Of a stretch of DNA of 64,000 nt, positions 1 to 9,880 are shown piece by piece. The notes below the pieces were generated by a model. The model saw only the letters and a list, made by a program, of their open reading frames with translations. It was not told where the DNA came from and did no database searches. Positions within the stretch are counted from its first letter, which is position 1; every line of letters begins with the position of its first letter. This DNA comes from a bacterium (lineage in GTDB: Bacteria; Acidobacteriota; Aminicenantia; Aminicenantales; Aminicenantaceae), in contig JAGXKI010000002.1 of NCBI GenBank assembly GCA_018335295.1, forward strand, positions 2,643 through 66,642. Direction: 5' to 3'. A program made the translations under genes and the position numbers.

Positions 1-102
1 GTCTCTCATATAGTGGAAGCCCACCAAGGCCAACTGGAATTGGAGAGTGAACCGGGTAAGGGGAGCACTTTTTCTCTCTATATTCCTTTGAAGAGGGAAC
101 CA
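1..102 (+). CDS. Sensor histidine kinase, C-terminal end (partial, runs off the window start)
   Basis: Frame-1 translation gives ...[30 protein letters not shown], typical of the end of a HATPase_c domain. The stop overlaps the start of the downstream response regulator (ATGA). Confidence 0.6.
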
Positions 103-794
103 TGAAGCAGATTCTTATTATCGAGGATGATGTGGCCATCCTCCGAGGACTCAAGGATAATCTCGAATATGAGTCATTCAAGGTGCTCACAGCCACCGAT
201 GGTGAACAGGGCTACTGTTTGATTCAAGAAAAAAAGCCTGACTTGATCATCCTGGATTTAATGCTTCCCAAGATGAATGGGTACGAACTCTGCCGAAAAG
301 TCAGAAAAGAAGGAATTTCCATTCCCATTTTGATGTTGACCGCCCGGGGTGAGGAAACGGACAGGATAATGGGATTGGATCTGGGTGCTGATGACTATCT
401 CACAAAGCCTTTTTCCATGCTCGAACTGCTGGCCAGAATCCGTGCCATAATGCGGAGAATCCAGAAAGCCAAGTCTGGAGATTTCCCCAAAAGTTTACAG
501 TTTGGTTCTGTATTCATCGATTTCAAATGTTTCAAAGCCCGAAAAGGGGAGAAGGTTCTGGAATTGTCCCGCAAGGAATTCGGAGTGCTTCGGTTTTTGG
601 CCGCTCGTGAAGGGGAAGCCGTGACCCGGAATGAACTTCTGGATGAAGTGTGGGGGTATGACCAGTATCCCACTACTCGAACGGTGGATAATCATATTGC
701 CTCGCTCCGAAATAAGCTCGAAGATGATCCCTCCAATCCCAAACACTTAATAACTATTCATGGCGTTGGCTATAAGATTGTTCTTGATGAATGA
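102..794 (+). CDS. OmpR/PhoB-family two-component response regulator
   Basis: N-terminal receiver domain ([10 protein letters not shown]..., conserved D at LILDLMLP). C-terminal winged-helix region ([32 protein letters not shown]...[13 protein letters not shown]). Confidence 0.9.
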   Translation: MKQILIIEDDVAILRGLKDNLEYESFKVLTATDGEQGYCLIQEKKPDLIILDLMLPKMNGYELCRKVRKEGISIPILMLTARGEETDRIMGLDLGADDYLTKPFSMLELLARIRAIMRRIQKAKSGDFPKSLQFGSVFIDFKCFKARKGEKVLELSRKEFGVLRFLAAREGEAVTRNELLDEVWGYDQYPTTRTVDNHIASLRNKLEDDPSNPKHLITIHGVGYKIVLDE

Positions 795-932
795 GATTTA
801 TATAACAAAAACCCGAAAATTTCATGAAAATCAATTTACAAAAATATTACATAATCAGGACAAGAAGATGACACATCTAGAAGCTGAAAGCCTTAGATTA
901 AGGATGAAAATCAAAATGAAAGGAGAAGAATC

Positions 933-3074
933 ATGAGAAAGCATTCAATTTTGATCGCCATCCTGGTCATCCTGGCTTTCAGCTTAGGGAGTCTTAGTCT
1001 TCAAAACGGCTACGACCTGTTCCAAAAAGCCTTGACCAAGGAGCGCGCCGAAGGAAACCTGGAAGAGGCTATCGCCCTCTACCAGAAGGTCATGGAGGTG
1101 TCCAAAGACGAGTCTTTGGCTGCTAAAGCCCAGCTCCGCATAGGGATATGTTATGAGAAGCTGGGAAGGAAGGAGGCAGAAAAAGCCTATCAAAAAGTTG
1201 TGGACAATTATCCTCACCAGACCCATACTGTCAAATTGGCAAAAGAGAAATTATCAGGATTAAAGGAAGGCCGGCCTGTTCTTTCAAAGGAAAGCCCAGA
1301 TTTTTCTATGCGCAAAGTACCCACAGATATTGCTGACGGAATGGGGGAAATTTCTCCTGACGGCCGGTATCTGACGCACACGGATTGGAACACGGGCGAT
1401 CTTGCGGTGCAAGATTTAAAAACCGGAGAAAAACGGCACCTTACCCACAAAGGTTCTTGGCAAGTATCCGAAGCCATGGCTTTCCATTCCAGATGGTCTC
1501 CTGACGGCAAGCAGATTGCTTTTGATTGGTGGGATTGGAGTGAGCCGGGGTTTGTGGGGATTCGTATTGTTCGCCCCGATGGATCGAATCAACGCGATCT
1601 TTATAGAATTGAGGATCAGGTTGAAAGAGTAAGTATCCTCTATGACTGGTCTCCCGACGGAAAGAATATTCTTGCGTCTATTTGGAGTGATTCGGGTTCA
1701 GGAAAAATCGTCCTGATTTCTGTTTCTAACGGTTCCATGCAAATCCTTAAGGAATTTGATTCCAAGCGAACTCGCTATAATCAAATCAACAGAATGTGTT
1801 TTTCTCCCTGTGGTAAATATGTCATATATGACTTTCCGGCTGAAGATTCTCCAAACAGCAACATTTATGTACTGCCGATAGATGAGCAGACTGAAATCCC
1901 CTTGGTTGAACATCCAGCCGATGATATTCTGCTTGAATGGATTTCTGATGGAAATCAAGTGCTCTTTCTCAGCAGCCGCCGGGATAGTCTGGATTTATGG
2001 CGCTTGCCTATGGATGGAGGTAAAGCCGCCGGATCTCCTCAATTAATAATGGAAGGTGTTGGCAGTATTTCTTCACAGGGATACACAAAAAGCGGAGCCT
2101 TTTATTATCTCACAAGAAAGTCAGCTATGAATGTGTTTGTGGCCTCAATAGATGCCGGAAGTGGCAAGGTCGTCGAATTTCCAGGGATACCAATCAAGCA
2201 CATAGGAAAATCCACCCATTCCCCCGATTACTCGGCAGACGGCAAGTACCTGGTTTATGGTGCTGAACGAGGCCCAGCGGGAAATGAACGCACTGTCATC
2301 TGTATCCGCTCACTAGAAACCGGGAAGGAACGAGAACTCTATCCCGAATATAATTTTCAAGATTTCCAGTGGTCTCCCGATAACCGGTATCTTCTCGCGG
2401 TAGCGTGGAACAAAAAAGACAGGACCGGTCATGAATTTCTAGCAAAAATAGATGCGGAAACAGGAGATTTCACCCAAATCTTTCGGTGTAAAAAAGACAG
2501 AACCAAGCAGTCAGCACGGATAGCCATATGGTCTCGTGACGGGAAAACGATCTATCATGTGTTTGAAGAAAGGGATAATAATAAAAGAAGCTACAGAATT
2601 CTCGCCAGAGATTTAGAAAGCGGTAATGTGAAGGAACTTTACCGGGCACCGGATAAAGAACACATAATGAGAGTATCCCTCTCCCGTTCTCCGGACGGCA
2701 GATGGTTGGCCTTTGTCAATGAAGACGAAAAAAAGAAAAGAGTCATCAATATAATTTCGACTTCTGGGGAAAAAAGCCGAAGGCTGTACAGCTTTACAGA
2801 TTCTGTGAACTGGGCAACTCCCACAGAATGGACTCCTGAGGGAAAATATGTCCTTTTTGCACGATCCAACAGCCCAGAAAATGATCCTTCCTATATCGGG
2901 AACAGAGCCGATTTGTGGAGAATTCCTGTTGATGGAGGTGAACCTCAAAACCTGGATATGACCATGTTTCGGTTCTATCAATTGAGTTTTCATCCTGAAG
3001 AGAATTATCTATCTTTCAGTTCGCTCGGTCCTAAAGAGGTTAAACCAGAACTCTGGATGATAGAAAACTTCTAG
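933..3074 (+). CDS. Secreted TPR plus TolB-like (PD40) beta-propeller repeat protein
   Basis: Signal peptide, N-terminal TPR-like helices (LYQKVMEV...AEKAYQKVVDNYP), then repeated WSPDGK/SPDGR beta-propeller blades. Confidence 0.75.
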   Translation: MRKHSILIAILVILAFSLGSLSLQNGYDLFQKALTKERAEGNLEEAIALYQKVMEVSKDESLAAKAQLRIGICYEKLGRKEAEKAYQKVVDNYPHQTHTVKLAKEKLSGLKEGRPVLSKESPDFSMRKVPTDIADGMGEISPDGRYLTHTDWNTGDLAVQDLKTGEKRHLTHKGSWQVSEAMAFHSRWSPDGKQIAFDWWDWSEPGFVGIRIVRPDGSNQRDLYRIEDQVERVSILYDWSPDGKNILASIWSDSGSGKIVLISVSNGSMQILKEFDSKRTRYNQINRMCFSPCGKYVIYDFPAEDSPNSNIYVLPIDEQTEIPLVEHPADDILLEWISDGNQVLFLSSRRDSLDLWRLPMDGGKAAGSPQLIMEGVGSISSQGYTKSGAFYYLTRKSAMNVFVASIDAGSGKVVEFPGIPIKHIGKSTHSPDYSADGKYLVYGAERGPAGNERTVICIRSLETGKERELYPEYNFQDFQWSPDNRYLLAVAWNKKDRTGHEFLAKIDAETGDFTQIFRCKKDRTKQSARIAIWSRDGKTIYHVFEERDNNKRSYRILARDLESGNVKELYRAPDKEHIMRVSLSRSPDGRWLAFVNEDEKKKRVINIISTSGEKSRRLYSFTDSVNWATPTEWTPEGKYVLFARSNSPENDPSYIGNRADLWRIPVDGGEPQNLDMTMFRFYQLSFHPEENYLSFSSLGPKEVKPELWMIENF

Positions 3075-3082
3075 AAAAATAG

Positions 3083-3135
3083 GGACGGTTCTGTTTTTTG
3101 TCATTCAAACGCTGAAAAACAGAGCCGTCCTTTTT
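3083..3135 (+). terminator. Rho-independent terminator after the TPR/propeller gene
   Basis: Long hairpin ggacggttctgtttttt...aaaaacagagccgtcc followed by TTTTT. Confidence 0.6.
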
Positions 3136-3368
3136 AATCAATAGGGCGTTTTGATTTAATAGGGGGTCCAACCGCTATAAGGCGCTATAATAAAAGACAG
3201 ATTCGTTCGCTTAGGAGAAAACGGAATAGGGGAGAGGGGCTAGCGGTTACTGCTGCAAAAATGAATGTGACACTGTGAACTCAAATGACGGAGCTTCTCC
3301 TTCCGGGCCGAGAATGAAAACAGACCGCGCCAGGCAATCGGTTATAGGGGAGAAGACAGGAAAAGCTA

Positions 3369-3794
3369 TTAACGGTAATCCTTGATGGAAACCAGCTCCG
3401 CCGTCCAAGGGCAGAAACGCCCCACCGTATCTACCCAGTAATCGAGATTCTCCTCCACATGGGAAGGAAGTCCGTCGCAGAGTTCGATGGTGAACTCCGC
3501 CATCTCAATGTCTTCGGAATCAATATGCCAGCTCCACGGCTTGTTGTAGGATACCTGACCTCGAAACAGTTTCCCCGAAGGTATACTGGCATTGCTTTCC
3601 CCCGCCTGAAGGGCGTAGACCTGATCGATAGTCTCCTCATTGGTGATGAAGATTTTGTACCGCTCCCCCTGGACATCAAAGGTCACCAGGATTCCGTCTT
3701 CCAGTTGAGGTGATTCGGGTGAGGAACAACTTAAGAAAAAAAGAGCTGAAATAATAAGGATGAAAGCAAAAGATAACCGCTGTGTGGTGCGCAT
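3369..3794 (-). CDS. Hypothetical lipoprotein
   Basis: ORF with a lipoprotein-type signal (MRTTQRLSFAFILIISALFFLSCSS). Start trimmed to the Met preceding the signal peptide. No recognisable domain. Confidence 0.5.
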   Translation of the reverse strand: MRTTQRLSFAFILIISALFFLSCSSPESPQLEDGILVTFDVQGERYKIFITNEETIDQVYALQAGESNASIPSGKLFRGQVSYNKPWSWHIDSEDIEMAEFTIELCDGLPSHVEENLDYWVDTVGRFCPWTAELVSIKDYR

Positions 3795-3917
3795 TTGCGG
3801 TAATCCCGGTTCGTGCCTTGTTCGATTTGGAGGTGTTGCCATTTTCTATATTAAGTGTTTGTTAATTATTATACCAGATTCAGTTAAAAATGAAGACCAT
3901 TTCGAAAAAATCAGTGA

Positions 3918-3990
3918 CCCAATACCCATTTCCTTATATTCAGAGAGGTTTTTTTTGAGAGTTCGGCAGTTTTTTTAAACTCAGTTTCCT
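3918..3990. repeat. Partial copy (A) of a conserved intergenic MITE-like element
   Basis: Shares the blocks caatacccatttcct, atatt, gagaggtt and ttaaactcagttt with the element at 48437-48510. Confidence 0.5.
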
Positions 3991-4122
3991 TCCGTGATCT
4001 TTGATCTTTTTCAAACCGTGATTTTCTGCAAATAGAAAAAAATTGTGTAACTAATTTTATTGCTTATACGAGAAAATATAAGTAAAATAGGAAAGAAACA
4101 ATCTCATAAAGGGAGATATGAA

Positions 4123-4896
4123 ATGACAGAGGAAAAAAAACCTGATAAAAAAGGCTTGGGAACCGGCAAAAAAGTAGCTATCGGCTGCGGTGTTGTGGCC
4201 GTGGTTGGGATTATCATCATTGTTGTGGCTGTAATTTCCGGTGGACTGTTTCTCTCCAAAAAAGCCAAAGAAGCCGGCATTGACACTGAGTTGCTGCGTA
4301 AAAACCCAGCCCTGGCAACAGCTAAGATGGTGGTGGCTTCCAATCCAGAGTTGGAACTGGTGAATGTGGATGAAAAATCCGGAACTCTGACCGTCAACAA
4401 CAAGAAGACAGGAGAAACCCTCACCGCTGATTTCAAAGATATTCAGAAAGGCCGTATCACCTTCAAGACAGAGGAAGGAGAAAAGCTGACCCTCCGCACT
4501 GAGGAATCCGGAGTCAAAGCAGAAGTAAAGGATGAGAAAGGGGAAGCCAAGTCAATGGAATTCGGCACATCAGCAGAAAAATCTAAGATCCCCGACTGGA
4601 TTCCTATATTCGAAGGCGAACTCAGCATCTCCTTCACATCTTCAGAAGAAGAGAGCCGCACCGGAACTTTCTCTATTGAAACAGATGCCAGCCCGGAAGA
4701 TGTTCGCGACTTTTACCTCTCCCGGCTGGAAAAACTGGGCTTCAGCATGGAGACCAACTCTTCTGAAACAGAAACAACCCATCTGATCAATCTCTTTTCC
4801 TCGGATGAGGACAATCAACGGGAACTGGTGGTTAATATCCTTCAAGAAGAAGAGGGGGTGACGAACATCACGCTCCAATACCAGGAGAGGAACTGA
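4123..4896 (+). CDS. Hypothetical single-pass membrane protein
   Basis: AAGGGAG Shine-Dalgarno sequence 7 nt before the ATG at 4123. One TM helix (VAIGCGVVAVVGIIIIVVAVISGGLFL), then an acidic extracytoplasmic domain. Confidence 0.5.
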   Translation: MTEEKKPDKKGLGTGKKVAIGCGVVAVVGIIIIVVAVISGGLFLSKKAKEAGIDTELLRKNPALATAKMVVASNPELELVNVDEKSGTLTVNNKKTGETLTADFKDIQKGRITFKTEEGEKLTLRTEESGVKAEVKDEKGEAKSMEFGTSAEKSKIPDWIPIFEGELSISFTSSEEESRTGTFSIETDASPEDVRDFYLSRLEKLGFSMETNSSETETTHLINLFSSDEDNQRELVVNILQEEEGVTNITLQYQERN

Positions 4897-5317
4897 CCCC
4901 GGCTTGATTTATTTTTTTTGATAAAAAGATACTTTTCCCCTCTGAGAACTCTTCTCACACTAAAAAATAGATTCCCTAGTGGTGAGTGGAAATATGACCA
5001 ATCTAAAAAGAACCATAGAGAAACAAGAGAGCTTTTTGAGAAACTTTTTCCCAAAGTTACTGGGGATGAAGCGGTATTTTTTGTCCCCATCGATAAGGTA
5101 CTAGATCCATTGAAAAATGGAGTTTTGGAATATATTAAAGCGGTAAGTTAATATTTAAAGAGATCACTCTTATATAAATCTCTTAACCAAATACTGTATT
5201 CAACTATGAGTTTTTTTCAGTCAGATTAACTCATTTTCTATGCAGTATTATTTATGGTTACTTACCCCGTGATATGGATTTTGGACTTTGCTTTTCTCGA
5301 ATTAATTATTGTGCAGT

Positions 5318-5355
5318 CAGAGTAGGGGAGAGAGGGCACATTTTTAGTAATTGAG
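5318..5355. repeat. Direct repeat DR1 (cagagtaggggagagagggcacatttttagtaattgag)
   Basis: Near-identical to 7188-7232 (15/15 core, tcagagtaggggaga). Together they bracket higBA and a hypothetical gene. Confidence 0.5.
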
Positions 5356-5470
5356 TCATTTTCCCATCGATGAAGTTGATAAGTGATTTTCCGGACGGTT
5401 TTCCCGGGGATTTTCCTTCACCTGATAACGGATAGTGGGGTCATCCATGAGGAAAGAGAAGAATCACTCT

Positions 5471-5779
5471 TTACTGGTGAGCTTCTTTATAGGTCCTTAC
5501 TTCTTTATCTAACTTTTTTCCTAATTTTTCCTCTTCCACATCTAAATCGTATTGAGCTTGGAGGCCAAGCCAAAATTCAGCTGAAGTGTTGAAATACCTG
5601 GCAAGACGTAAAGCTGTATTAGCGGTTATGCTTCTCTTCTTAAGGACAATCTCATTAATCCGGCGGGCATCAACACCAATATCCAGGGCTAGACGATGTG
5701 GCCTTAATCCCAGCGGCTTTAAAAATTCTTCATACAGTACTTCACCGGGATGAATTGAGGCCAGCTTTTTATCAGTCAT
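5471..5779 (-). CDS. higA: HigA-family antitoxin (XRE-type HTH)
   Basis: IHPGEVLYEEFLKPLGL...LALDIGV...RINEIVLKKRSITANTALRLARYFNTSAEFWLGLQAQYDL is the classic HigA/VapI HTH. It lies immediately downstream of the toxin gene. Confidence 0.85.
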   Translation of the reverse strand: MTDKKLASIHPGEVLYEEFLKPLGLRPHRLALDIGVDARRINEIVLKKRSITANTALRLARYFNTSAEFWLGLQAQYDLDVEEEKLGKKLDKEVRTYKEAHQ

Positions 5780-5790
5780 TTCTTCACCTC

Positions 5791-6078
5791 CTAGTGATAG
5801 TCCGTGATTTCAACTCTATATGCGTCATTTTCTCGCCAAAAAAAACACACACGCCACTGTTCATTGATTCTGATCGAATACTGTCCTTTTCGTTTTCCTC
5901 TTAATTTTTCAAATCGATTCCCAGGCGGAGCTTTCAAGTCTTGTAAAGATTGGGAATTGTTCAACATTCTCAGTTTTCTAAGGCCAATTTTCTGAACATC
6001 AACAGGAAATTTCTTCGAGAATTCTCTATGATAAACTTTTTCTGTCTCTTTATCTCCAAAGGACTTAATCACATTCAA
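5791..6078 (-). CDS. higB: HigB toxin (RelE/ParE superfamily plasmid-maintenance killer)
   Basis: 95 aa (MNVIKSFGDKETEKVYHREFSKKFPVDVQKIGLRKLRMLNNSQSLQDLKAPPGNRFEKLRGKRKGQYSIRINEQWRVCFFWRENDAYRVEITDYH). Toxin-first gene order, 12-nt gap to higA. Confidence 0.85.
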   Translation of the reverse strand: MNVIKSFGDKETEKVYHREFSKKFPVDVQKIGLRKLRMLNNSQSLQDLKAPPGNRFEKLRGKRKGQYSIRINEQWRVCFFWRENDAYRVEITDYH

Positions 6079-6277
6079 AATATATAGTGGAATACGTTAA
6101 GTGTCAAGCACAATAAATAATAGGGACATTTTAACTTATCATCTCATGGGGACATTTTTGCATTGTTACCGCAGGATGAGGATTTTTTTGGCCGCAAGTA
6201 TCTCTTTTTAGTAGATAAAAAAGAAAAAATAATAAGATACTTTTCCCCAGAATCAAATCTTTTATTCCAATCAGGGA

Positions 6278-6307
6278 AGGCGGTCAGTTAAGCTGGCCGC
6301 CTTTTTT
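6278..6307 (+). terminator. Hairpin plus T-run, terminator-like, with no annotated plus-strand gene upstream
   Basis: ggcggtcagttaagctggccgcc followed by TTTTTTA. Confidence 0.35.
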
Positions 6308-6349
6308 ATGGATTGATTCAATGGATGGACAGGACTGAGATTTCACTTT

Positions 6350-6760
6350 TCACTCTAAATCAAGGCGGGGATTGAAAACACCTGTGATTCTTGAACCAAA
6401 GGTATATGATAGGCCGATATTGGCGCTGAATTCATATGATGTCGTCCTTCGGCGCTGCTCCAGAAGAATTTCCTCCAGAGACAAGTCGGCTTTCGGAATG
6501 GCCACCTGGTCGTTAATGAGACTGTAACTGCTTCTGATGTTCAGGGACAGCCCTTTGATGATCCGGAGATTTAAATGTGCAGACAATTCCGTATAGATGG
6601 TCCCAAATTCCGTATTGCTGATATTCAGAAGCTCCTCAATAGAGGGAACATAAAGGGAAATCAAAAAGGTCTGACCAAAGCTGGAGAAAAAAGTCAACAA
6701 AAGCCCAAAGGCCAGTAAGCTCAGTTTGTATCTTAAAAAAGTACTAATCAGTCGTTTCAA
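6350..6760 (-). CDS. Hypothetical secreted or membrane protein
   Basis: ORF with an N-terminal hydrophobic segment. Alternating beta-strand-like C-terminus. No recognisable domain. Confidence 0.4.
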   Translation of the reverse strand: MKRLISTFLRYKLSLLAFGLLLTFFSSFGQTFLISLYVPSIEELLNISNTEFGTIYTELSAHLNLRIIKGLSLNIRSSYSLINDQVAIPKADLSLEEILLEQRRRTTSYEFSANIGLSYTFGSRITGVFNPRLDLE

Positions 6761-6779
6761 AATTGATCCTTTTTTTAAT

Positions 6780-8066
6780 TAAACCGGTGCCTCATTTTTC
6801 AGTTTCCTTTTATAATGCAGGTTTTTGAATCCACCTTCCGGTAAACCCTGAAATTGCGGTAATCATTGAAAACGTCTCTCTGATTAGAATAAATTATTTA
6901 GTATAGGAGCTATTTTGAAAAAGAGACTTCCCTCCTGAGATCTATCAGCCGGATGAGAAACCCTCCATTTATCCGAGGGCTTATCTATATCTTTTCATTT
7001 TTCTCTATTGCCTATGGCTGGTAGGAAAGCAGAGAAGCAAAACAATTTTCATTTTCTTCTCCTGTGTGAGGATAAATGACTTAAGCACCTCCTGTCAAAA
7101 AGAAATCTACAAACAGGAAATCAGCCTTGATGAGGCTTAGAAAGAATAGAGATCTCTTGAATTTTCGAAAATTTTGATTCTTGGCTTCAGAGTAGGGGAG
7201 AAGGGGGTTGTAATTTTTTTAATTATTATGAGCATTTCAATTAAATATTTTAATATTTTTTATGTTATTTATAAATATATTTAATTTATCATGTCTATAA
7301 TATTAATATTATTAATGAGGTGTTCTTATAAGGACTGTTTTTCATGGATCCTTATATTATTTTTGAATAAGTTCAACATAATACCTAATATAATCAAGGG
7401 ACACGTAACAAATTTCTTAAAATTGATAAATGACATTATTATCCATTTATCATTACTTTCCCAAAGATTTTATCAGAAATTTATTAATATATTGAAATAA
7501 AACGAGATATAGAAAAATTTCACATAATCGATTTGAACAAAAATATACATTTTATACGTTGTAAGTTCAATAATATCAACAAAAATATTTTCTTACTAGC
7601 AACGTTGGGACAGCATAGATTTTTACAAATCCAATTATAATTATAGAGTTTTTAGACTTTTTACAAATTTATTGAGCTTTAAATCACATAATTCTGGATT
7701 CTGCTTTCACGGATTCACGGAAATGATAATACAACAATGACTTTCCGGATTTCTTAAATATTTCGGGTTTGATTTGGATTTTATGGTCTTAAATGTTCTG
7801 GATTACTGTATTCGCAAAAATTAAATGAAAGAAAGATTGATTTGATCTTTATGATTGGAATAATTCTACTTGATTTTTCCACAGTTGCATAAAATGTTGG
7901 GCAGTGGGGTTTTCCACAGGGTGTGAATAAGCGTCAATCATTCACTATTGATTTGTAATCTATTTGTTATAAATGATTTATGGGTTTATATTTTAATAGT
8001 TTAATTTGAAGGTAAATTAATGTCGCATAAGGTATATTATGTAAACTTTAGTAAAAAAATAAAACT
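6780..8066. other. 1.3 kb ORF-free, strongly AT-rich region (candidate origin or partition region)
   Basis: No ORF over 70 aa. Visibly AT-dominated. Contains TTTTCCACA (fits the DnaA-box pattern TTWTNCACA) at 7875-7883 and 7910-7918, and TTATCCATT near 7440. Confidence 0.5.
7188..7232. repeat. Direct repeat DR2 (cagagtaggggagaagggggttgtaattttttt...)
   Basis: Partner of 5318-5355. Confidence 0.5.
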
Positions 8067-8903
8067 TTATTCTTTTTTCAGTTTATTTAAAACATCTTCG
8101 AGTATTTTGATTATATCTTCTTTTTTTACATCTTTATCTTTGAATTCTATCTTTAATCTGTAATCATCGGAATCTTTGGGTTTATAATTATAAACATATT
8201 TCTTTTCTTTATTTTTAGCTTTATCTTTTATTTTTCTGGAAAGATCTCGAGTATCTTCTCTTTTTAAATTTCTTTGAGTGATTTCAGAAATAAGACTTTT
8301 CATGCTTTCGATATCTTTCTGTTTAGCAATTTCAATCAAAGTGCTTCGGCTTGTGATTTGAAATTTTTGACATAATTCTCTTATTTCCCTTGGAATATTA
8401 GCTATATTTATTATTTCTGTAATGGTGGATCTGGCTTTTCCTATGTTTTTTGATATTTTTTCATGATTGTACCCGTAGACTTCATTCATAATCTTTAATC
8501 CATCTGCTTCTTCGAAAACATTTAGGTTTTTCCTTTGTAAATTTTCGATTAAAGCTAATTCCATGGCTTCATTATCTTTGACATCTAATTCAATGCACGG
8601 AACTTCTTTCAACCCCACGTTTTTGGAAGCCATGTATCTTCGTTCCCCCGCAATAATTTCATAATTATTTCCTTTGGATCGGACAAGTAAGGGTTCAATC
8701 ACTCCTTTTTTCTGGATTGAATTCATCAATTCTTCTAGATTTCCAAGCTCACTTCGGGCTTGTTGAGGGTTAGGGTTTATCTTGTCTATAGAAATCATTC
8801 TTATTCGGGGACCTTGATTTCTTGTAGACAATAAATCTACAAAATGATTGTCGTGTCTCATCGAAATGGTCTTGGGGAGACCGCTTTTTTTACTCTTTGG
8901 CAC
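8067..8903 (-). CDS. parB: ParB/Spo0J partition protein
   Basis: ParB N-terminal box (IEPLLVRSKGNNYEIIAGERRYMASKNVGLKEVPCI) and HTH region. AT-rich, Lys-rich codon usage. Overlaps parA by 14 nt. Confidence 0.9.
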   Translation of the reverse strand: MPKSKKSGLPKTISMRHDNHFVDLLSTRNQGPRIRMISIDKINPNPQQARSELGNLEELMNSIQKKGVIEPLLVRSKGNNYEIIAGERRYMASKNVGLKEVPCIELDVKDNEAMELALIENLQRKNLNVFEEADGLKIMNEVYGYNHEKISKNIGKARSTITEIINIANIPREIRELCQKFQITSRSTLIEIAKQKDIESMKSLISEITQRNLKREDTRDLSRKIKDKAKNKEKKYVYNYKPKDSDDYRLKIEFKDKDVKKEDIIKILEDVLNKLKKE

Positions 8904-9672
8904 GTTGGATTATCTCCTCAGCTACATTTTTGTACTGCTGGGCCCCCACAGAATTGGGAGCATAGGTAAATATAGATTCTTTATAAGCAGGACTTTCTTC
9001 AAGCTTGACACTCTTGGATATAACCGTCTCAAATACACTCTTACCAAAAACTTTTTTAATATTTTTTACCACATCTTTGGAAATATTGGTTCTCCGGTCA
9101 TGAAGAGTTATGAGAACTCCAATAATTCCAAGCTCGGGATTGGCTACATTTTTTACTTTATCAATCGTTTCTAATAGGTCATCCGTTCCTTCCAGAGAGA
9201 GATAAGAAGATTGGATAGGTATGATAGCTTTATCCGCTGCCACTAAGGAATTAAGGGTTATCAATCCTAACGTGGGGGGTGTATCGATTATTATGTGGTC
9301 ATACTTGTCTTTGACTGGCACCATCACCTCTCTCAGTCTGTAATGACCATCGATTTCTCCAAGCAATGAAGGTTCCAGTTTAGCCATGGATATTTTTGAG
9401 ATAGCTAGATCTAGACCCGGAACAGTGGTTTTTACAATTATATCATCTATATTTTGATTTTTTTCTACTAAAACATCATATAATGATTTCTCGTATTTAG
9501 AAGTATCTTCGACAACCGAGAGAGTGCTGTGAGCTTGTGGGTCTGTGTCAATAAGCAGAGTGTTTTTTCCCATATAGGCTAAAGCAGCGGATATGTTTAA
9601 TGCAGAAGTGGTCTTCCCTACTCCGCCTTTTTGGTTGGTGACAGCTATGATTAAACTTTTCTTTTTTGCCAT
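8890..9672 (-). CDS. parA: ParA/Soj partition ATPase
   Basis: Deviant Walker A (KGGVGKTT) and overall ParA/MinD-like sequence. Confidence 0.9.
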   Translation of the reverse strand: MAKKKSLIIAVTNQKGGVGKTTSALNISAALAYMGKNTLLIDTDPQAHSTLSVVEDTSKYEKSLYDVLVEKNQNIDDIIVKTTVPGLDLAISKISMAKLEPSLLGEIDGHYRLREVMVPVKDKYDHIIIDTPPTLGLITLNSLVAADKAIIPIQSSYLSLEGTDDLLETIDKVKNVANPELGIIGVLITLHDRRTNISKDVVKNIKKVFGKSVFETVISKSVKLEESPAYKESIFTYAPNSVGAQQYKNVAEEIIQRAKE

Positions 9673-9746
9673 TACTCTAACTAACCATAAAAAAAAATGG
9701 ATGGAATTTCAAGAAACTTTTTAAATGTTTACATTTCTTTTATTTA

Positions 9747-9762
9747 TGTCGGCATGCCGACA
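9747..9762. promoter_or_regulatory. Perfect 16-bp palindrome TGTCGGCATGCCGACA upstream of parA
   Basis: Exact inverted repeat about 75 nt upstream of the parA start. Candidate parS-like site or operator. Confidence 0.4.
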
Positions 9763-9880
9763 ATTTTATGTAACTCTTTGATATATAAACAATTATCTAT
9801 GGCTTTGACAATAAATATCCAAACAATGTAACATAGAAAAACTTAATATAATATTTTTATAAATAATAGGAGATTGTCCA

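Noticed and set aside
4918-5151. 77-aa plus-strand ORF in the 575-nt gap before higA.
   Set aside because: No ribosome-binding site, no recognisable motif, and a competing 33-aa frame. Left uncalled, though the gap is long enough to hide a small gene or sRNA.
7693-7804. Possible iterons in the AT-rich tract (TTCTGGATT twice; ttcacggattcacgg).
   Set aside because: Only two copies each and irregular spacing. This is insufficient for an iteron call, so only the DnaA-box-like 9-mers were reported.
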